Assembly: GCA_002269645.1 (NCBI GenBank)
Contig: NIVC01002962.1
Coordinates: 39,559 to 103,558 of the forward strand
DNA length: 64,000 bases
Direction: 5' to 3'
Source: Macrostomum lignano
Lineage: Eukaryota
The notes below the pieces were generated by a model that was not told the DNA's origin, ran no database searches, and was given only the letters and a program-made list of their open reading frames with translations. Positions 47,478 to 61,438 of this stretch are shown one piece after another (the stretch's first letter is position 1; the number at the start of each line of letters is the position of its first letter). Both the position numbers and the translations under genes were made by a program.

Positions 47478-48403
47478 TTTTTATAATTTTGATCTTAAGA
47501 AACAGGAAATAATTAGCAATATTAATTATTAAAAGCACGATTATATTTTGTCAATCAACGACCATAAATCGTTTGATTTCTTGATCATAGTTTTTCAAAC
47601 AGATTTGTCTGTTTTTCTACCTTTTCTAATCTGTTTGATAGAAAACATGCTTAGTATAAATTCGACACTGGAAAAGCTGATGGATCTGACCTGTCAGTCA
47701 GCCGGCCATGTCTTTGGGGTTAATCGCAGCCGACTACGACGGTTGTGTACCTCTCTTAATCCCCTCTTTTTTCTCCTAGGCATCTTCTCTCCCCCAGACC
47801 GGGCTGTATGCGTCCAGGTAGAACGGGGACGACTGTGTATAGGGAGGGAAAGATTGGCTGGCCTCGTGGGTGCAGCATCAGGACAGGGGTCTCCTGCCAA
47901 TGGTTGTTCCTTATGAGTTTTAACCCCTCCCCTCCCCGGCCGTTTCCTCCTCCTCAGAGGGGATAGGCTCGCTTTGGTCTTCTTTTAGAAGGCGACGGAC
48001 GAATATAGAGCAACCCCATACACACACACGGACACTCACACACAGATAGCAGACACACACCGCTGTCCCTCTACGCAGAGCGGCGTGTCTTTTGCGCCCC
48101 CCTCTCTCCTATTTTTTTCTTTCTTTTACTCGATCCTCTCTATCTATCTGTCTCGCGCTATCCCCTGCTCCCATCCCATTCCGGGTCTTAACACGCATCC
48201 CTTAACTCAAATACTCGCTTTCGCCTCCTCGCCCAGCAGTCTGTTCCGCCAACCTTGACAAGCCGATTCAACTAAGTCGCAGGCTGTGTAGACAGACAAA
48301 AATAAATTGAAATATAGAAATAGAATCATAGTTTTTTATTATTTGTGTGTTTTTATTATTATTAAAAGTTGACGCCTTGGCTCAGCCTCCAGGCAGCAAT
48401 AAT

Positions 48404-48458
48404 ATGTCCTCTTCATCTCCTTCGTCAACTTCTCCGCAGCCGCAGGCGCCTTCTTTAA

Positions 48459-48494
<36 letters not shown>

Positions 48495-48615
48495 CAGCAA
48501 GGATTGTCGTTGAAGATCTAAGCGACTATTCTCAGAGTGCCTCGACTGTTTGCGCCAATGCTGCCGCGTCTGTCACCAACAGCTTGCAGTCGGTTCCGCC
48601 TCGATCGCCAAATAG
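48404..48615 (+). CDS. Putative DGK alternative first coding exon A (MSSSSP..polyQ..PPRSPNR)
   Basis: GC-rich coding-like island with polyQ; acceptor AG at 48367-48368 upstream; donor AG|GTAAG at 48616, phase 2, compatible with exon 62776. Confidence 0.55.
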
Positions 48616-48820
48616 GTAAGCAATTAACAGCATTCTCTATCTGATTATTTTTGCCAAAATTTGAAATTTTACGAGGTGCGTGTGCGCGCAAACTTTCTCT
48701 TAAAAATCTTTTAGAAGAATGTTTTACAATTTCTTTCCCTAGAGTTTACTATACCCACTTTATACCCGACGTCGAAATTCCTAAACTTAACAATCAGTCA
48801 AAGTTTTCGCAATTACCAGG

Positions 48821-50281
48821 TTGTGAAGGTTGGGGATTGTAAAGGTTTGGGATTGTGAATGTTGGGGATTGTGAAGGTTGGGGATTGTGAAGGTTGGGGA
48901 TTGTGAATGTTGGGGATTGTGAAGGTTGGGGATTGTGAAGGTTTGGGATTGTGAAGGTTGGGGATTGTGAAGGTTGGGGATTGTGAAGCTTGTGAATTGT
49001 GAAGGTTGGGGGTTGCGAAGGTTGGGGATGGTGACTGCTGGGGACTGTGAAGTTTGGGGATTGTGAAGGTTGGGGATTGTGAAGGTTGGGATTGTGAAGG
49101 TTGGGGATTGTGAAGGTTGGGGATTGTGAATGTTTGGGATTGTGAAGGTTTGGGATTGTGAAGGTTGGGGATTGTGAAGGTTGGGGATTGTGAAGGTTGG
49201 GGATTGTGAAGGTTGGGGATTGTGAAGCTTGTGAATTGTGAAGGTTGGGGGTTGCGAAGGTTGGGGATGGTGACTGCTGGGGACTGTGAAGTTTGGGGAT
49301 TGTGAAGGTTGGGGATTGTGAAGGTTGGGATTGTGAAGGTTGGGGATTGTGAAGGTTGGGAATTGTGAAGGTTGAAGATTGTGAAGGTTGGGGATTGTGA
49401 AGGTTGGGGATTGTGAAGGTTGGGGATTGTGAAGGTTGGGGATTGCGAAGGTTGGGGATTGTGAAGGTTGGGGATTGTGAAGGTTGGGGATTGTGAAGGT
49501 TGGGGATTGTGAAGGTTGGGGATTGTAAAGGTTGGGGATTGTGAAGGTTGGGGATTGTAAAGGTTGGGGATTGTAAAGGTTGGGGATTGTGAAGGTTGGG
49601 GATTGTGAAGGTTGGGGATTGTGAAGTTTGGGGATCGTGAAGGTTGGAGATTGTGAAGGTTTGGGATTGTGAAGTTTGGGATTGTGAAGGTTTGGGATTG
49701 TGAAGGTTGGGGATTGTGAAGCTTGTGAATTGTGAAGGTTGGGGGTTGCGAAGGTTGGGGATGGTGACTGCTGGGGACTGTGAAGTTTGGGGATTGTGAA
49801 GGTTGGGATTGTGAAGGTTGGGGATTGTGAAGTTTGGGGATTGTGAAGGTTGGGATTGTGAAGGTTGGGGATTGTGAAGGTTGGGAATTGTGAAGGTTGG
49901 GGATTGTGAAGGTTGGGGATTGTGAAGGTTGGGGATTGTGAAGGTTGGGGATTGTGAAGTTTGGGGATCGTGAAGGTTGGAGATTGTGAAGGTTTGGGAT
50001 TGTGAAGGTTTGGGATTGTGAAGGTTGGGGATTGTGAAGCTTGTGAATTGTGAAGGTTGGGGGTTGCGAAGGTTGGGGATGGTGACTGCTGGGGACTGTG
50101 AAGTTTGGGGATTGTGAAGGTTGGGGATTGTGAAGGTTGGGATTGTGAAGGTTGGGGATTGTGAAGGTTGGGAATTGTGAAGGTTGGGGATTGTGAAGGT
50201 TGGGGATTGTGAAGGTTGGGGATTGTGAAGGTTGGGGATTGTGAAGGTTGGGGATTGTGAAGGTTGGGGATTGTGAAGTTT
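48821..50281. repeat. 16-bp G-rich minisatellite TTGTGAAGGTTGGGGA (about 90 units) in DGK intron
   Basis: Period 16 read directly. Confidence 0.97.
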
Positions 50282-50914
50282 GCAATTGCTTTGAAAGCGC
50301 CCCGTTGATTTCTTGCCCGAAGCTCCGAAGCAGGAAAGAGTTCGCAAATCATAATGGGGAAGAGAATTGCCTCTTTTCTGAACTTTTGCTTTCTTTCTAC
50401 AGTTGTTTCTTTCACCCTTGAAATCCGACGTCTTGGCGAGATAGTGAGTGATGTACAGTGCCCTTGTGTGTGTCTATGCACTTTAGTACCATTTTTCAAA
50501 CTGTCGTCGGAAGTGTTAAAAATAATTTTTCGATATATGATAGTATGCATTATACACCATGTTAACTATACTATCGTTGGATGAATTTTTTATCATCCCT
50601 CCAGGATTAATTTGCATCTGATTCATGGATTCCTCTTTCTATTTGCGATTTCTTATTCAACTTGTAAATTGAATTTAATTATAAATCAGACTGACTGACT
50701 GACATGCTGGGTGGGTGCGAGTTTAATTTGATTGTGTCATCAGCTTATACTCTGAATGTTCACCTCATGGGCTTGTAAGCTTCACTCATTGATTTCAGAG
50801 AGTTTCATTTTAATGATAGAAATATTATGCTATCAATATCGCTGCTTAATATTGTCTTTAGCTAAAGAAGCTAGGAATATCGCATGTGTGCCTTAAGCTA
50901 GACTACAGGTGAGT

Positions 50915-51601
50915 CATTGTGGCGCCAGAATATAAGTGTGTGTTATGTGTCATTGTGGCGCCAGAATAAAGGTGTGTGTATGGACATTGTGGCGCCAGAA
51001 TAAAGGTGTGTGTATGTAATTGTGGCGCCAGAATAAAGGTGTGTGTAAAGTTTCATTGTGGCGCCAGAATATAGGTGTGTCACGTTTCATTGTGGCGCCG
51101 GAATATAGGTGTGTGTCATGTTTCATTGTGGCGCCGGAATATAGGTGTGTGTCATGTTTCATTGTGGCGCCGGAATATAGGTGTGTGTCATGTTTCATTG
51201 TGGCGCCGGAATATAGGTGTATGTCATGTTTCATTGTGGCGCCGGAATATAGGTGTGTGTCATGTTTCATTGTGGCGCCGGAATATAGGTGTGTGTCATG
51301 TTTCATTGTGGCGCCGGAATATAGGTGTGTGTCATGTTTCATTGTGGCGCCGGAATATAGGTGTATGTCATGTTTCATTGTGGCGCCGGAATATAGGTGT
51401 GTGTCATGTTTCATTGTGGCGCCGGAATATAGGTGTGTGTCATGTTTCATTGTGGCGCCGGAATATAGGTGTATGTCATGTTTCATTGTGGCGCCAGAAT
51501 ATAGGTGTGTGTCATGTTTCATTGTGGCGCCGGAATATAGGTGTGTGTCATGTTTCATTGTGGCGCCAGAATATAGGTGTGAGTCATTGTGGCGCCGGAA
51601 T
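50915..51601. repeat. 36-bp minisatellite CATTGTGGCGCCGGAATATAGGTGTGTGTCATGTTT (about 19 copies)
   Basis: Direct read. Confidence 0.97.
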
Positions 51602-52222
51602 ACTCATGCAGATGTGTCATTATACAGCTGAAGCATCACAGATATCTTATTTGGTGCATAAATATATGGAGTGTACGATTCTGCAGTATATCACCGACTT
51701 TCAGTCTTAACCCACGATCGCTGAGGTTTAAACCTGTATGGATCAATATCAGTTTTAGAAAAGACCGATTGCGAGGATTAACCCGAGGTGGATAAATGTT
51801 CTATCAAGTAGAAGAATAGGCGAAAATAAAAAAGTAGTTATTAAACAAACCTTCAAGGCGGGATTGCTATGCTGCAAAGCTCTTTAGAGGAAAAAAGGAA
51901 ACACAAATATACTACGTGAGGATAGAGGCGTTGAGAAAGAGGATATAGATTGGACGAGATGGCGAGATAATGACCGTTAACGATTGAGGATGCCAGGGCT
52001 GCATGCTTGGGACTGATCGACTGAAACCCGCCTCATACGGCTTAGAGCACAGGAGCACGTTCTAAGATGGCAATGAAGCTTTGCTTGAGAGTCTAGTATA
52101 TCCCATTTCTCACGGGAAACTGTATTTTCCTTCTATAGAAGCTTTTGGAATTTGCAGTTTTGGAACTCGTGACTGAGTATTTTGCTTGCTTAAACGACTA
52201 AATAGCCGCCATCAATACACTC

Positions 52223-53727
52223 TGAGAATCGCCGTCAATCCACATGAAAATCGCTGTCAATCCACCCTGAGAATCGCGTCAATCCACCCTGAGAATCGCC
52301 CTCAATCCACCCTAAGAATCGCGTCAATCCACCCTGAGAATCGCGTCAATCCACCCTGAGAATCGCGTCAATCCACCCTGAGAATCGCCCTCAATCCACC
52401 CTAAGAATCGCGTCAATCCACCCTGAGAATCGCGTCAATCCACCCTGAGAATCGCCATCAATCCACCCTGAGAATCGCCATCAATCCACCCTGAGAATCG
52501 CCATCAATCCACCCTGAGAATCGCCCTCAATCCACCCTGAGAATCGCCGTCAATCCACCCTGAGAATCGCGTCAATCCACCCTGAGAATCGCCCTCAATC
52601 CACCCTAAGAATCGCGTCAATCCACCCTGAGAATCGCGTCAATCCACCCTGAGAATCGCCATCAATCCACCCTGAGAATCGCCATCAATCCACCCTGAGA
52701 ATCGCCCTCAATCCACCCTGAGAATCGCCGTCAATCCACCCTGAGAATCGCGTCAATCCACCCTGAGAATCGCCCTCAATCCACCCTAAGAATCGCGTCA
52801 ATCCACCCTGAGAATCGCGTCAATCCACCCTGAGAATCGCGTCAATCCACCCTGAGAATCGCCATCAATCCACCCTGAGAATCGCCCTCAATCCACCCTG
52901 AGAATCGCGTCAATCCACCCTGAGAATCGCCGTCAATCCACATGAAAATCGCTGTCAATCCACCCTGAGAATCGCCCTCAATCCACCCTAAGAATCGCGT
53001 CAATCCACCCTGAGAATCGCGTCAATCCACCCTGAGAATCGCCATCAATCCACCCTGAGAATCGCCATCAATCCACCCTGAGAATCGCCATCAATCCACC
53101 CTGAGAATCGCCCTCAATCCACCCTGAGAATCGCCGTCAATCCACCCTGAGAATCGCCCTCAATTCACCCTGAGAATCGCCATCAATCCACCCTGAGAAT
53201 CGCGTCAATCCACCCTGAGAATCGCGTCAATCCACCCTGAGAATCGCCCTGAATTCACCCTGAGAATCGCCCTGAATTCACCCTGAGAATCGCCCTCAAT
53301 CCACCCTAAGAATCGCGTCAATCCACCCTGAGAATCGCGTCAATCCACCCTGAGAATCGCCATCAATCCACCCTGAGAATCGCCATCAATCCACCCTGAG
53401 AATCGCCATCAATCCACCCTGAGAATCGCCCTCAATCCACCCTGAGAATCGCCGTCAATCCACCCTGAGAATCGCCCTCAATTCACCCTGAGAATCGCCA
53501 TCAATCCACCCTGAGAATCGCGTCAATCCACCCTGAGAATCGCGTCAATCCACCCTGAGAATCGCCCTGAATTCACCCTGAGAATCGCCCTGAATTCACC
53601 CTGAGAATCGCCGTCAATCCACCATGAGAATCGCCCTCAATCCACCCTGAGAATCGCCCTCAATCCACCCTGAGAATCGCCGTCAATCCACCATGAGAAT
53701 CGCCGTCAATCCACCATGAGAATCGCC
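52223..53727. repeat. 22/23-bp minisatellite GAGAATCGC(G/CN)TCAATCCACCCT (about 66 copies)
   Basis: Direct read. Confidence 0.97.
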
Positions 53728-54544
53728 TATAGCTAACAAGAGAATCGTTCCTTTACTATCATAAAAGCGCCCAATAGCCTTTTTCAGAATGGCTCAGCTT
53801 TATCCTTGCCAAGCCTCTTGTCATTTCTTGGCCAGATTTGAGAACCTGTGCTACTTGTATTTTTCCCTGTTTTTAAAAAAGTCATAAGATTTTTAAAAGC
53901 TCCGACTAGACTGAAAGCTTTGACTAATTTGAATATTATTCTTACCTGTAATTCCCACTTTATTTCTTTTGGCCGTTGGATCAAAGCAAGTTCCCAGATT
54001 AATTAACCGCTATAGTGTATTACTTACTGTAGACGGGAGTAGCACGGATTAAAACCTATTCTGCCCAACTTTTTCCACCGGTCCATTTTCCAATTCCGTC
54101 GCTAAGCCTGAGCTGTCGCTCTCTATATAGCTAGTTCCCAATCGCTCTTTCAATTTCCTGTCTTGTTTGCACTGCGGGGGCGGTCCAGCCTAGCTGGGTA
54201 TGAGAGCTAAAAAGCCTGGCTTTCTTGCTTTATGGTCTTTCCCTATAGCTTCTGGCTCGATGTGTGAGAACCACCATTTGGATTGTTTGACAGGAGAAAA
54301 TGGGCTCTCTTTCTCTCTCTGCGAATAGAACTATCAGGGACAGAGAGTTCATGAGACCAGTAGGCAAGTTCTTGAGAGGTCGCGATCGCGTTGGCGATTT
54401 TCTATAGGTTAAAAACCGGCTAAGTCAGAAGTGCTATAAGTTTGCTAAAAACCTTACCTGAATTATTGAATATTATTTTATATCTTTACTCAAGTATGGT
54501 TCTGAGACAGCAGTAGTAATAAACTAAATTCTTCTCCTTAAAGT

Positions 54545-54970
54545 ACACACACGCCCTAGACAAAACTCCTTCCCCTGAATGTATACACTCGTAGACAAAA
54601 CTCCTTCCTCCAGGCGTACACACCCCTAGACAAAACTCCTTCCCCGAATGTACACACCCCTAGACAAAACTCTTTCCCCGAATGTACACACCCCTAGACA
54701 AAACTCCTTTCCCGAATGTACACACCCTTAGAAAAAAGCTCTTTTCCCCGTATGTACACACCCCTAGACAAAAATCTTTCCCCCAAATTTACACACCCCT
54801 AGACAAAACTCCTTCCCCGAATGTACACACCCCTAGACAAAAGCTCTTTTCCTCGTATGTACACACCCCTAGACAAAACTCTTTCCCCCAAATGTACACA
54901 CCCTAGACAAAAGTCCTTTCTCCAGGTATACACACACTATGTGCAAAACTCCTTCTCCAAATATACACAC
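54545..54970. repeat. About 34-bp minisatellite GTACACACCCCTAGACAAAACTCCTTCCCCGAAT
   Basis: Direct read, more diverged than neighbours. Confidence 0.92.
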
Positions 54971-55890
54971 GCTATCTAAATGAAATTTTATCTAGAATAA
55001 ATTAGGTCACGGAAGCGTTTTTGATCGAGCAATTTCTTTTGCCAACACTATCAGGTATAAAGGTTTCAGTTGCTTTAATTTAAAAGGGGTAGATTTTATT
55101 GATTAGAACAATTTGTTTCTTCTTGCGCGTATTCTACGCTCGTAGCTTTGAAAACGTTTGGAGATTTCATCTCCTTCCTAACTCATCTTTAATCCGGCTT
55201 GAAATAGGAGTCAAAGCGAAATCTCGGAATGGTTTATCGCTGTCTCAAATTTTTGGCCAAACGATTTTTTCGTGAAACACGATACATCTGAAATCTTGAT
55301 TGTAGCCGGAGATTTTTCTCTTTTCTCTCTTTCAAAATTGGTGATTTGATCTAAAAGATTAGATCTTTATACATGTTTTCTTTATTTTTCGGCAAATTTA
55401 TTCTAGCCATATTACTGTCTGCCTACTTATAAGTAGGCAAAGCGGAATGTCAAATGATTGATTTTATTTAATTTAGTTTTTGCACAAAAATTTTTGATTG
55501 TTTCTTTAGCTTTTCGTTTCGAACACCTCTTTGGTTGCATCGGTATTATCTGCATTAGAATGCTAGTTCAGAGCATGCTGAGCGCGAACATTAAGTAGTC
55601 AGTTCCCTTAGCTTAAGTAGTCAGTTTCAATAGTAGAGCTTTACACTGGCTCTCATCCGATATTATAATTTATTCATCAGGTAGGAAGGGTTTGTTCCTG
55701 ACAACCGTGATGGCCAGTCACACAAAAGCTAGTTGTTATAAGAAAAATGAGAAAAAATACTATTTGATGATTTTTCTCTGTTGATAAACTGACTGCGTTT
55801 GACGTGGAATAGACAATAGCCTCTGTTTATATAAATAGTACTTTTATTGGCTTATTCTTAGTAGTGCCATCTACTGAGGCACCTGTGCCG

Positions 55891-57305
55891 CCTACATGTG
55901 CATCCATTAGGAACCCCCTGTCACCTACATGTGCATCCATTAGGAGCCCCCTGTCACCTACATGTACATCCATTAGGAACCCCTGTCACCTACATCTGCA
56001 TCCATTAGGAACCCCCTGTCACCTACATGTGCATCCATTAGGAGCCCCTGTCACCTACATCTGCATCCATTAGGAACCCCCTGTCACCTACATGTGCATC
56101 CATTAGGAACCCCCTGTCACCTACATCTGCATCCATTAGGAACCCCCTGTCACCTACATGTACATCCATTAGGAGCCCCCTGTCACCTACATGTGCATCC
56201 ATTAGGAACCCCCTGTCACCTACATGTGCATCCATTAGGAGCCCCTGTCACCTACATGTGCATCCATTAGGAGCCCCTGTCACCTACATGTGCATCCATT
56301 AGGAGCCCCCTGTCACCTACATGCACATCCATTAGGAGCCCCTGTCACCTACATGTGCATCCATTAGGAGCCCCCTGTCACCTACATGTGCATCCATTAG
56401 GAACCCCCTGTCACCTACATGTGCATCCATTAGGAGCCCCCTGTCACTTACATTTACATCCATTAGGAGCCCCTGTCACCTACATGTGCATCCATTAGGA
56501 GCCCCCTGTCACCTACATGTGCATCCATTAGGAGCCCCCTGTCACCTACATGTGCATCCATTAGGAGCCCCCTGTCACCTACATGTGCATCCATTAGGAG
56601 CCCCCTGTCACCTACATGTGCATCCATTAGGAGCCCCTGTCACCTACATGTGCATCCATTAGGAGCCCCTGTCACCTACATGTGCATCCATTAGGAGCCC
56701 CCTGTCACTTACATTTACATCCATTAGGAGCCCCTGTCACTTACATGTGCATCCATTAGGAGCCCCCTGTCACCTACATGTGCATCCATTAGGAGCCCCC
56801 TGTCACCTACATGTGCATCCATTAGGAGCCCCCTGTCACCTACATGTGCATCCATTAGGAGCCCCCTGTCACCTACATGTGCATCCATTAGGAGCCCCCT
56901 GTCACCTACATGTGCATCCATTAGGAGCCCCCTGTCACCTACATGTGCATCCATTAGGAGCCCTGTCACCTACATGTGCATCCATTAGGAGCCCCCTGTC
57001 ACCTACATGTGCATCCATTAGGAGCCCCCTGTCACTTACATGTGCATCCATTAGGAGCCCCCTGTCACCTACATGCACATCCATTAGGAGCCCCCTGTCA
57101 CCTACATGTACATCCATTAGGAACCCCTGTCACCTACATGTACATCCATTAAGAAGCCCCTGTAATCTACATGTACATGCATTAGAAACCCCCTGTCACC
57201 TACATGTACATCCATTAGGAACCCCCTGTCACCTACATGTAACTCCATAGGAACCCCCTGTCACCTACATGTAACTCCATAGGAACCCCCTGTCAGCTAC
57301 ATGTT
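55891..57305. repeat. 32/33-bp minisatellite CCCCCTGTCACCTACATGTGCATCCATTAGGAG (about 43 copies)
   Basis: Direct read. Confidence 0.97.
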
Positions 57306-58115
57306 TTATGTCATGTTATGCATTGTCATGTGCCTAAGGTTGACCTGTTTCGATGTCTGAAATTTCTAAACACCAGCGTAAAAACACTTGCTAATTACCA
57401 CCCTATTTCCTCCTGTCCCGTGCTATTACCCTTGAACTTTGATTGGCCTTCATACCCAACCGTAACTTGCCGCAAAAAACGCTGCTAGTTTGTAACCAAA
57501 GCTATCATTCGGTCTTTCCTTACTTTACTTGTCTTCTTTTTAACCCTCCTGCCCTCCTTCCCCGGCCTCTGTTACTGGCTGCTTGCGCCTCCCCACCTTG
57601 CATCCAAATCCTCTTTCCTTAAGCACTGCCTGTTCAGCCGTGTCTGAAGGGGGAAGAGAGCCGAGAGAGAGAGAGAGACGATGGAGAGGGAGAGAATGAG
57701 ACAGGAAGACAGAGCCAGATACGCTTGGGTATTCTCAGTCTCTCTCGATTCTCTCGCCTCAGACTCAGCTCTCCCAACCCCTCCTCCAACCGCGTCCCCT
57801 ACACTTGGCCCTAAACAAAGAATATATTACGGCTCCACTAAAGGCGTTTTTTACCTCCGCTAAGTCCGCCCACACATCCGCGCTAAGCAGGCCGTAATAA
57901 ATAGCGTTAGCGTTACAGTAATTTAATCAGACCAACATCGACATTGAAGAGTCAGAACAACAGACACCAGGAATTTGCCTTGAGAGCTATTATTTATTGT
58001 CGTCTGATTTCACTCAAACTTGACGCCACAATGGACGTCTCTATGAGTTAATAAAATTGGACGTTAACGTTAAAGTTTTGTCCACTTCAATTAGTCCGTC
58101 AATCAAGCGTATACA

Positions 58116-59320
58116 ATGCCGTTCAAAGGCCTGCTGTGTCGCCGGTCTGGCAGCAAAGAAAACAGTAGTAACAGCGGTAGTGGCAATAAAGAATTTCAAT
58201 CGTTGCCTTCTATGCCAGCTAGCGGCAGCCGAGGCAGTGTAAGACAGGGTCAGCAGCCGCAGGCTCCGTTGCCTGCCCAGCCTGTGCGCCAGATTCACCG
58301 CCCGCCGCCGCTTCAGCTGCCCAATCCAATACCGATTGTGGTTGAGCATCTTCTAGACGACAATGATGAAGGTAATAACGCGCCTAGTAGCGGTGGTGAT
58401 GCAGCTGCTGCCGCATCTGCTAGTTCTACCGTCTGCTATCAGGTAGATGTTGACGCGGAAGCCTCTACCACAGTCTGCGGCAGTCCATTTCGTTTAAGTT
58501 TAAACGCTCCGTCGGCTAGTCTTAGTGGCGGCAATTTATTAAGCAAGCATCGATCGAACAGCTACGATGCCACAGGAGCCGGTAGCATGCCCAGCAGCGG
58601 AGTTTACCTCGAGGAAATGTCCACCGCGTCGAATAGTGGTGCGCCGAATTCTCCCGACGAATTGATGCTGGTGAACAGCGCTAGAGGTGGCAGCGGCGGA
58701 GGCGGCTCAACTGCAGGCAGTCCCAGTGGACGAATTGAATCGCCAACTAGATTCTTCATCAATAAATTGGCTCTGCCCAGTTTCAATAGGAAACGCGGTC
58801 GTTCGCTTGAGATACCGAGACTGTGCGTTCACTGTGCAATTCTTGAAGAGCTGGCGGCCACTGCTGCTGCTAATGCTACGGAGCGCCCTTCCGAGCTAGA
58901 TGCTGACGCTCAGTGCGCCACTAGTTGTGAGGAAGACTCGGACGACGACACTTCGTCCGTATTATCCTCGTCATCTTCGGATTCGGCCAGCAATGCTAAT
59001 CGACATCCTCCAGCAGCCATTGTTAGCAATTTTCTTCAAGTACCAAGCGCGCTTCCGCCCGGCTTCCGGTCGAGTTCGCTTGACGATCCGCGTTGGAGCG
59101 GCAGCGGCGGAAGTTCTTCCGGCGGCCCGCCCAGTGTTGCTAGCGCAGCCGCTTCGCCGACGTCGCCCGGATCGCGACGACGCCCGATGCTTGGCGAAAT
59201 TGGAGCCGGCAAAGCCGTTTGCGGCGACGACGGTGGCAGCAGCGGCGGAAGGATGGTCGGGAAGCAACGACGCGCCCTTTCATTCGATGTGTCCGCTTGG
59301 TCCTTGCGTCGTCGGCTGTC
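58116..59320 (+). CDS. rdgA: DGK long N-terminal exon B (rdgA-like Ser-rich N-terminus)
   Basis: 402-codon ORF whose last codons overlap a GTGAGT donor at 59321 (phase 2). Motifs LEIPRLCVHCAILEE, FLQVP and RSSSLD recall the Drosophila RdgA N-terminus (CIHCHYLEE, FLQVP, RSxSFD). Confidence 0.75.
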
Positions 59321-61112
59321 GTGAGTTGTATTTGACTGCGATCGCCGTTATCGCAAAGTAACCTTTCGTGTCTTTATGTTCTTGTACGGCTTCACTGTTT
59401 TCAAAGTTGCTGTCTGTCCCAAAGTTGACGCACATGCCTTAGAATGACCAAACGCGTCTTAAGGTGACGTGACCTACAGTGGCTTACGGTGTATCTGAGT
59501 GACCGACCGTGTCTTTGAGTGAGTGAATGTGTTTTTAGAATGACCGATCGTGTATTCAGAGTGCCTAACGGTATCTAAGAATGATCTTGAATTCGACTCC
59601 AACATCAAAATTAGAGTCACTATCTTAAAATGGACAAATTTATCTAAGTATACATGGGCCCGTGTCTAATTGCCACTTTTTTCAGAGATGGGTCCTGTAG
59701 AACTGGCTGCAGCCGTAAATTAGCTATGCAGAAAACGCAATCTTGATAATTTGATTGAACACAGCGCCTATACTGTATATCTCATATTGATCGTCTTTCT
59801 GGCCCACTACTGTCGGCGTTGAACCTTGCAATGTTTTTCTGACAAGCAGTGTAAAATTCTACATGCATGTTGCTAGCCTTCTTTCAGCCGGCTTGACACA
59901 ATATCTGAAACAATCAATAACGCACAGCTGATTAGGCAAGAATGCAGGCAGGTACGCATTAGTGCACATTGCGTTGACCTCCGCTGTTGCAACTGCTGGA
60001 TCCGCTGGGACAAAACCATGAGGCAAAGAAGACGAGGAAGAAATACAGAAATACAGAAATACAGAAATGGAAGAGGTTAAACTACGAGGCTGCATCTACA
60101 ATATACGAGCGTACATGCAAATAATCGCTCTCCGCTAAATGCGCAAGCCAATGCTAATGACTATGGGAACCGCTTGGGTCGTTTGTTGGGCCGTATATTA
60201 TATGCTTGCATTATGTGCATATAATGCCTGTACATTTACATGTACGTTACCAGCGTCAGTGGACATTTTGTCGCCCATCTGGAACTGCGACGACAAAAAA
60301 TACGCACATTTTTTCGTTGACTCGGGTTGGGGAGGGGTAGCTTTAGTTGCTGAAATGCAATTTCGAGTTATGGTTATTACTTGACTTTTCGTTCCCCCGT
60401 CGAAGTTTCAGCCCGGCTGTATCTTGTTTCCAATCTCCGCCTCTTTCATCCGCTGCGGCCCAGTCTCTAGACATACTTATGCATGCTAAGCCATCGCGCT
60501 TCGCTTCAAAAGCTATGCACTAAGGGATTTTAGTCAAACAGTCTCCTATGGCATACGTTATCTGCTAGACCATGTAGCACTACCGGTAATCCTCCTATGG
60601 CTACAACAAAAAGCAGCTATAATAGTTGAGATGTTAAGACGCATTGATGACAAATCCTAATAATCTTCTAAGTCGGACGGAAAGGTGTATTATATTGCTG
60701 GATAATGACACTGCATTCTAGTTAGGAAAAGTGTGCACGTGGTTCTATATGCATATCGTTATAAACTTATCGGATTTTACAGTTCTCCGACTAGGCCTAC
60801 TGTTTACCCTGCGTTTTTAGTTTCTTCACATCACACATGATTCATCTCACACCTTCATCACGCAAGGAGGGAGCTTTAACAACGGCAACAAAGGACATTA
60901 TTACTTTGAACCCCAATGTCACGGCTATGCGCACTTCACTGTGCCTTGGGGTTGACTCTCAAGGGCGTTAATTGTACGGCTAGAACCAAACCGAAGTTTC
61001 GGAGGGGAGCCGTAGCCGTAACGATAAAGTGCCCTTGTGCATATTCTTACGTACGCATAATATATATATGTACTTTACACACACTATTTAAGAGATATGA
61101 GTTTAGTTAGAG

Positions 61113-61438
61113 GCAGGGGCTGCGTGCACCCTGGCGCACTTTAAGCGACATTGTCGCACAACCCGGCGAGAGGCATTGCTGCCCATTCCGCCGACTCCCC
61201 TGAGCAGGCGCACAAGCGCGCGGATACGTACGCAGTCATACGCACAGGCACACACTCACACAAGAGTGTACAGCGGCCCTAACTTTATTTATCGCTAGGC
61301 ATGTACACCAATGTGCCTTGGGGGTTGGCTCCTCAAGGCCGTTAATTGCACGAGCAGAGCCAAGCCGAGATTCCAATTTAGCCCCAGATTAATATCACTG
61401 CACTTGGAATCGAGCCTGGGCCGCTAGCATATCCAGAG
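61113..61438 (-). mobile_element. SINE family A, second copy (A box lost); partial internal copy at ~60925-61000
   Basis: Shares GTGCACCCTGGCGCACTTTAAGCGA, CTGCCCATTCCGCCGACTCCCCTGAGCAGG and GCCCCAGATTAATATCACTGCAC with 45005-45297; B box GGCTCGATTCC. Confidence 0.8.
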
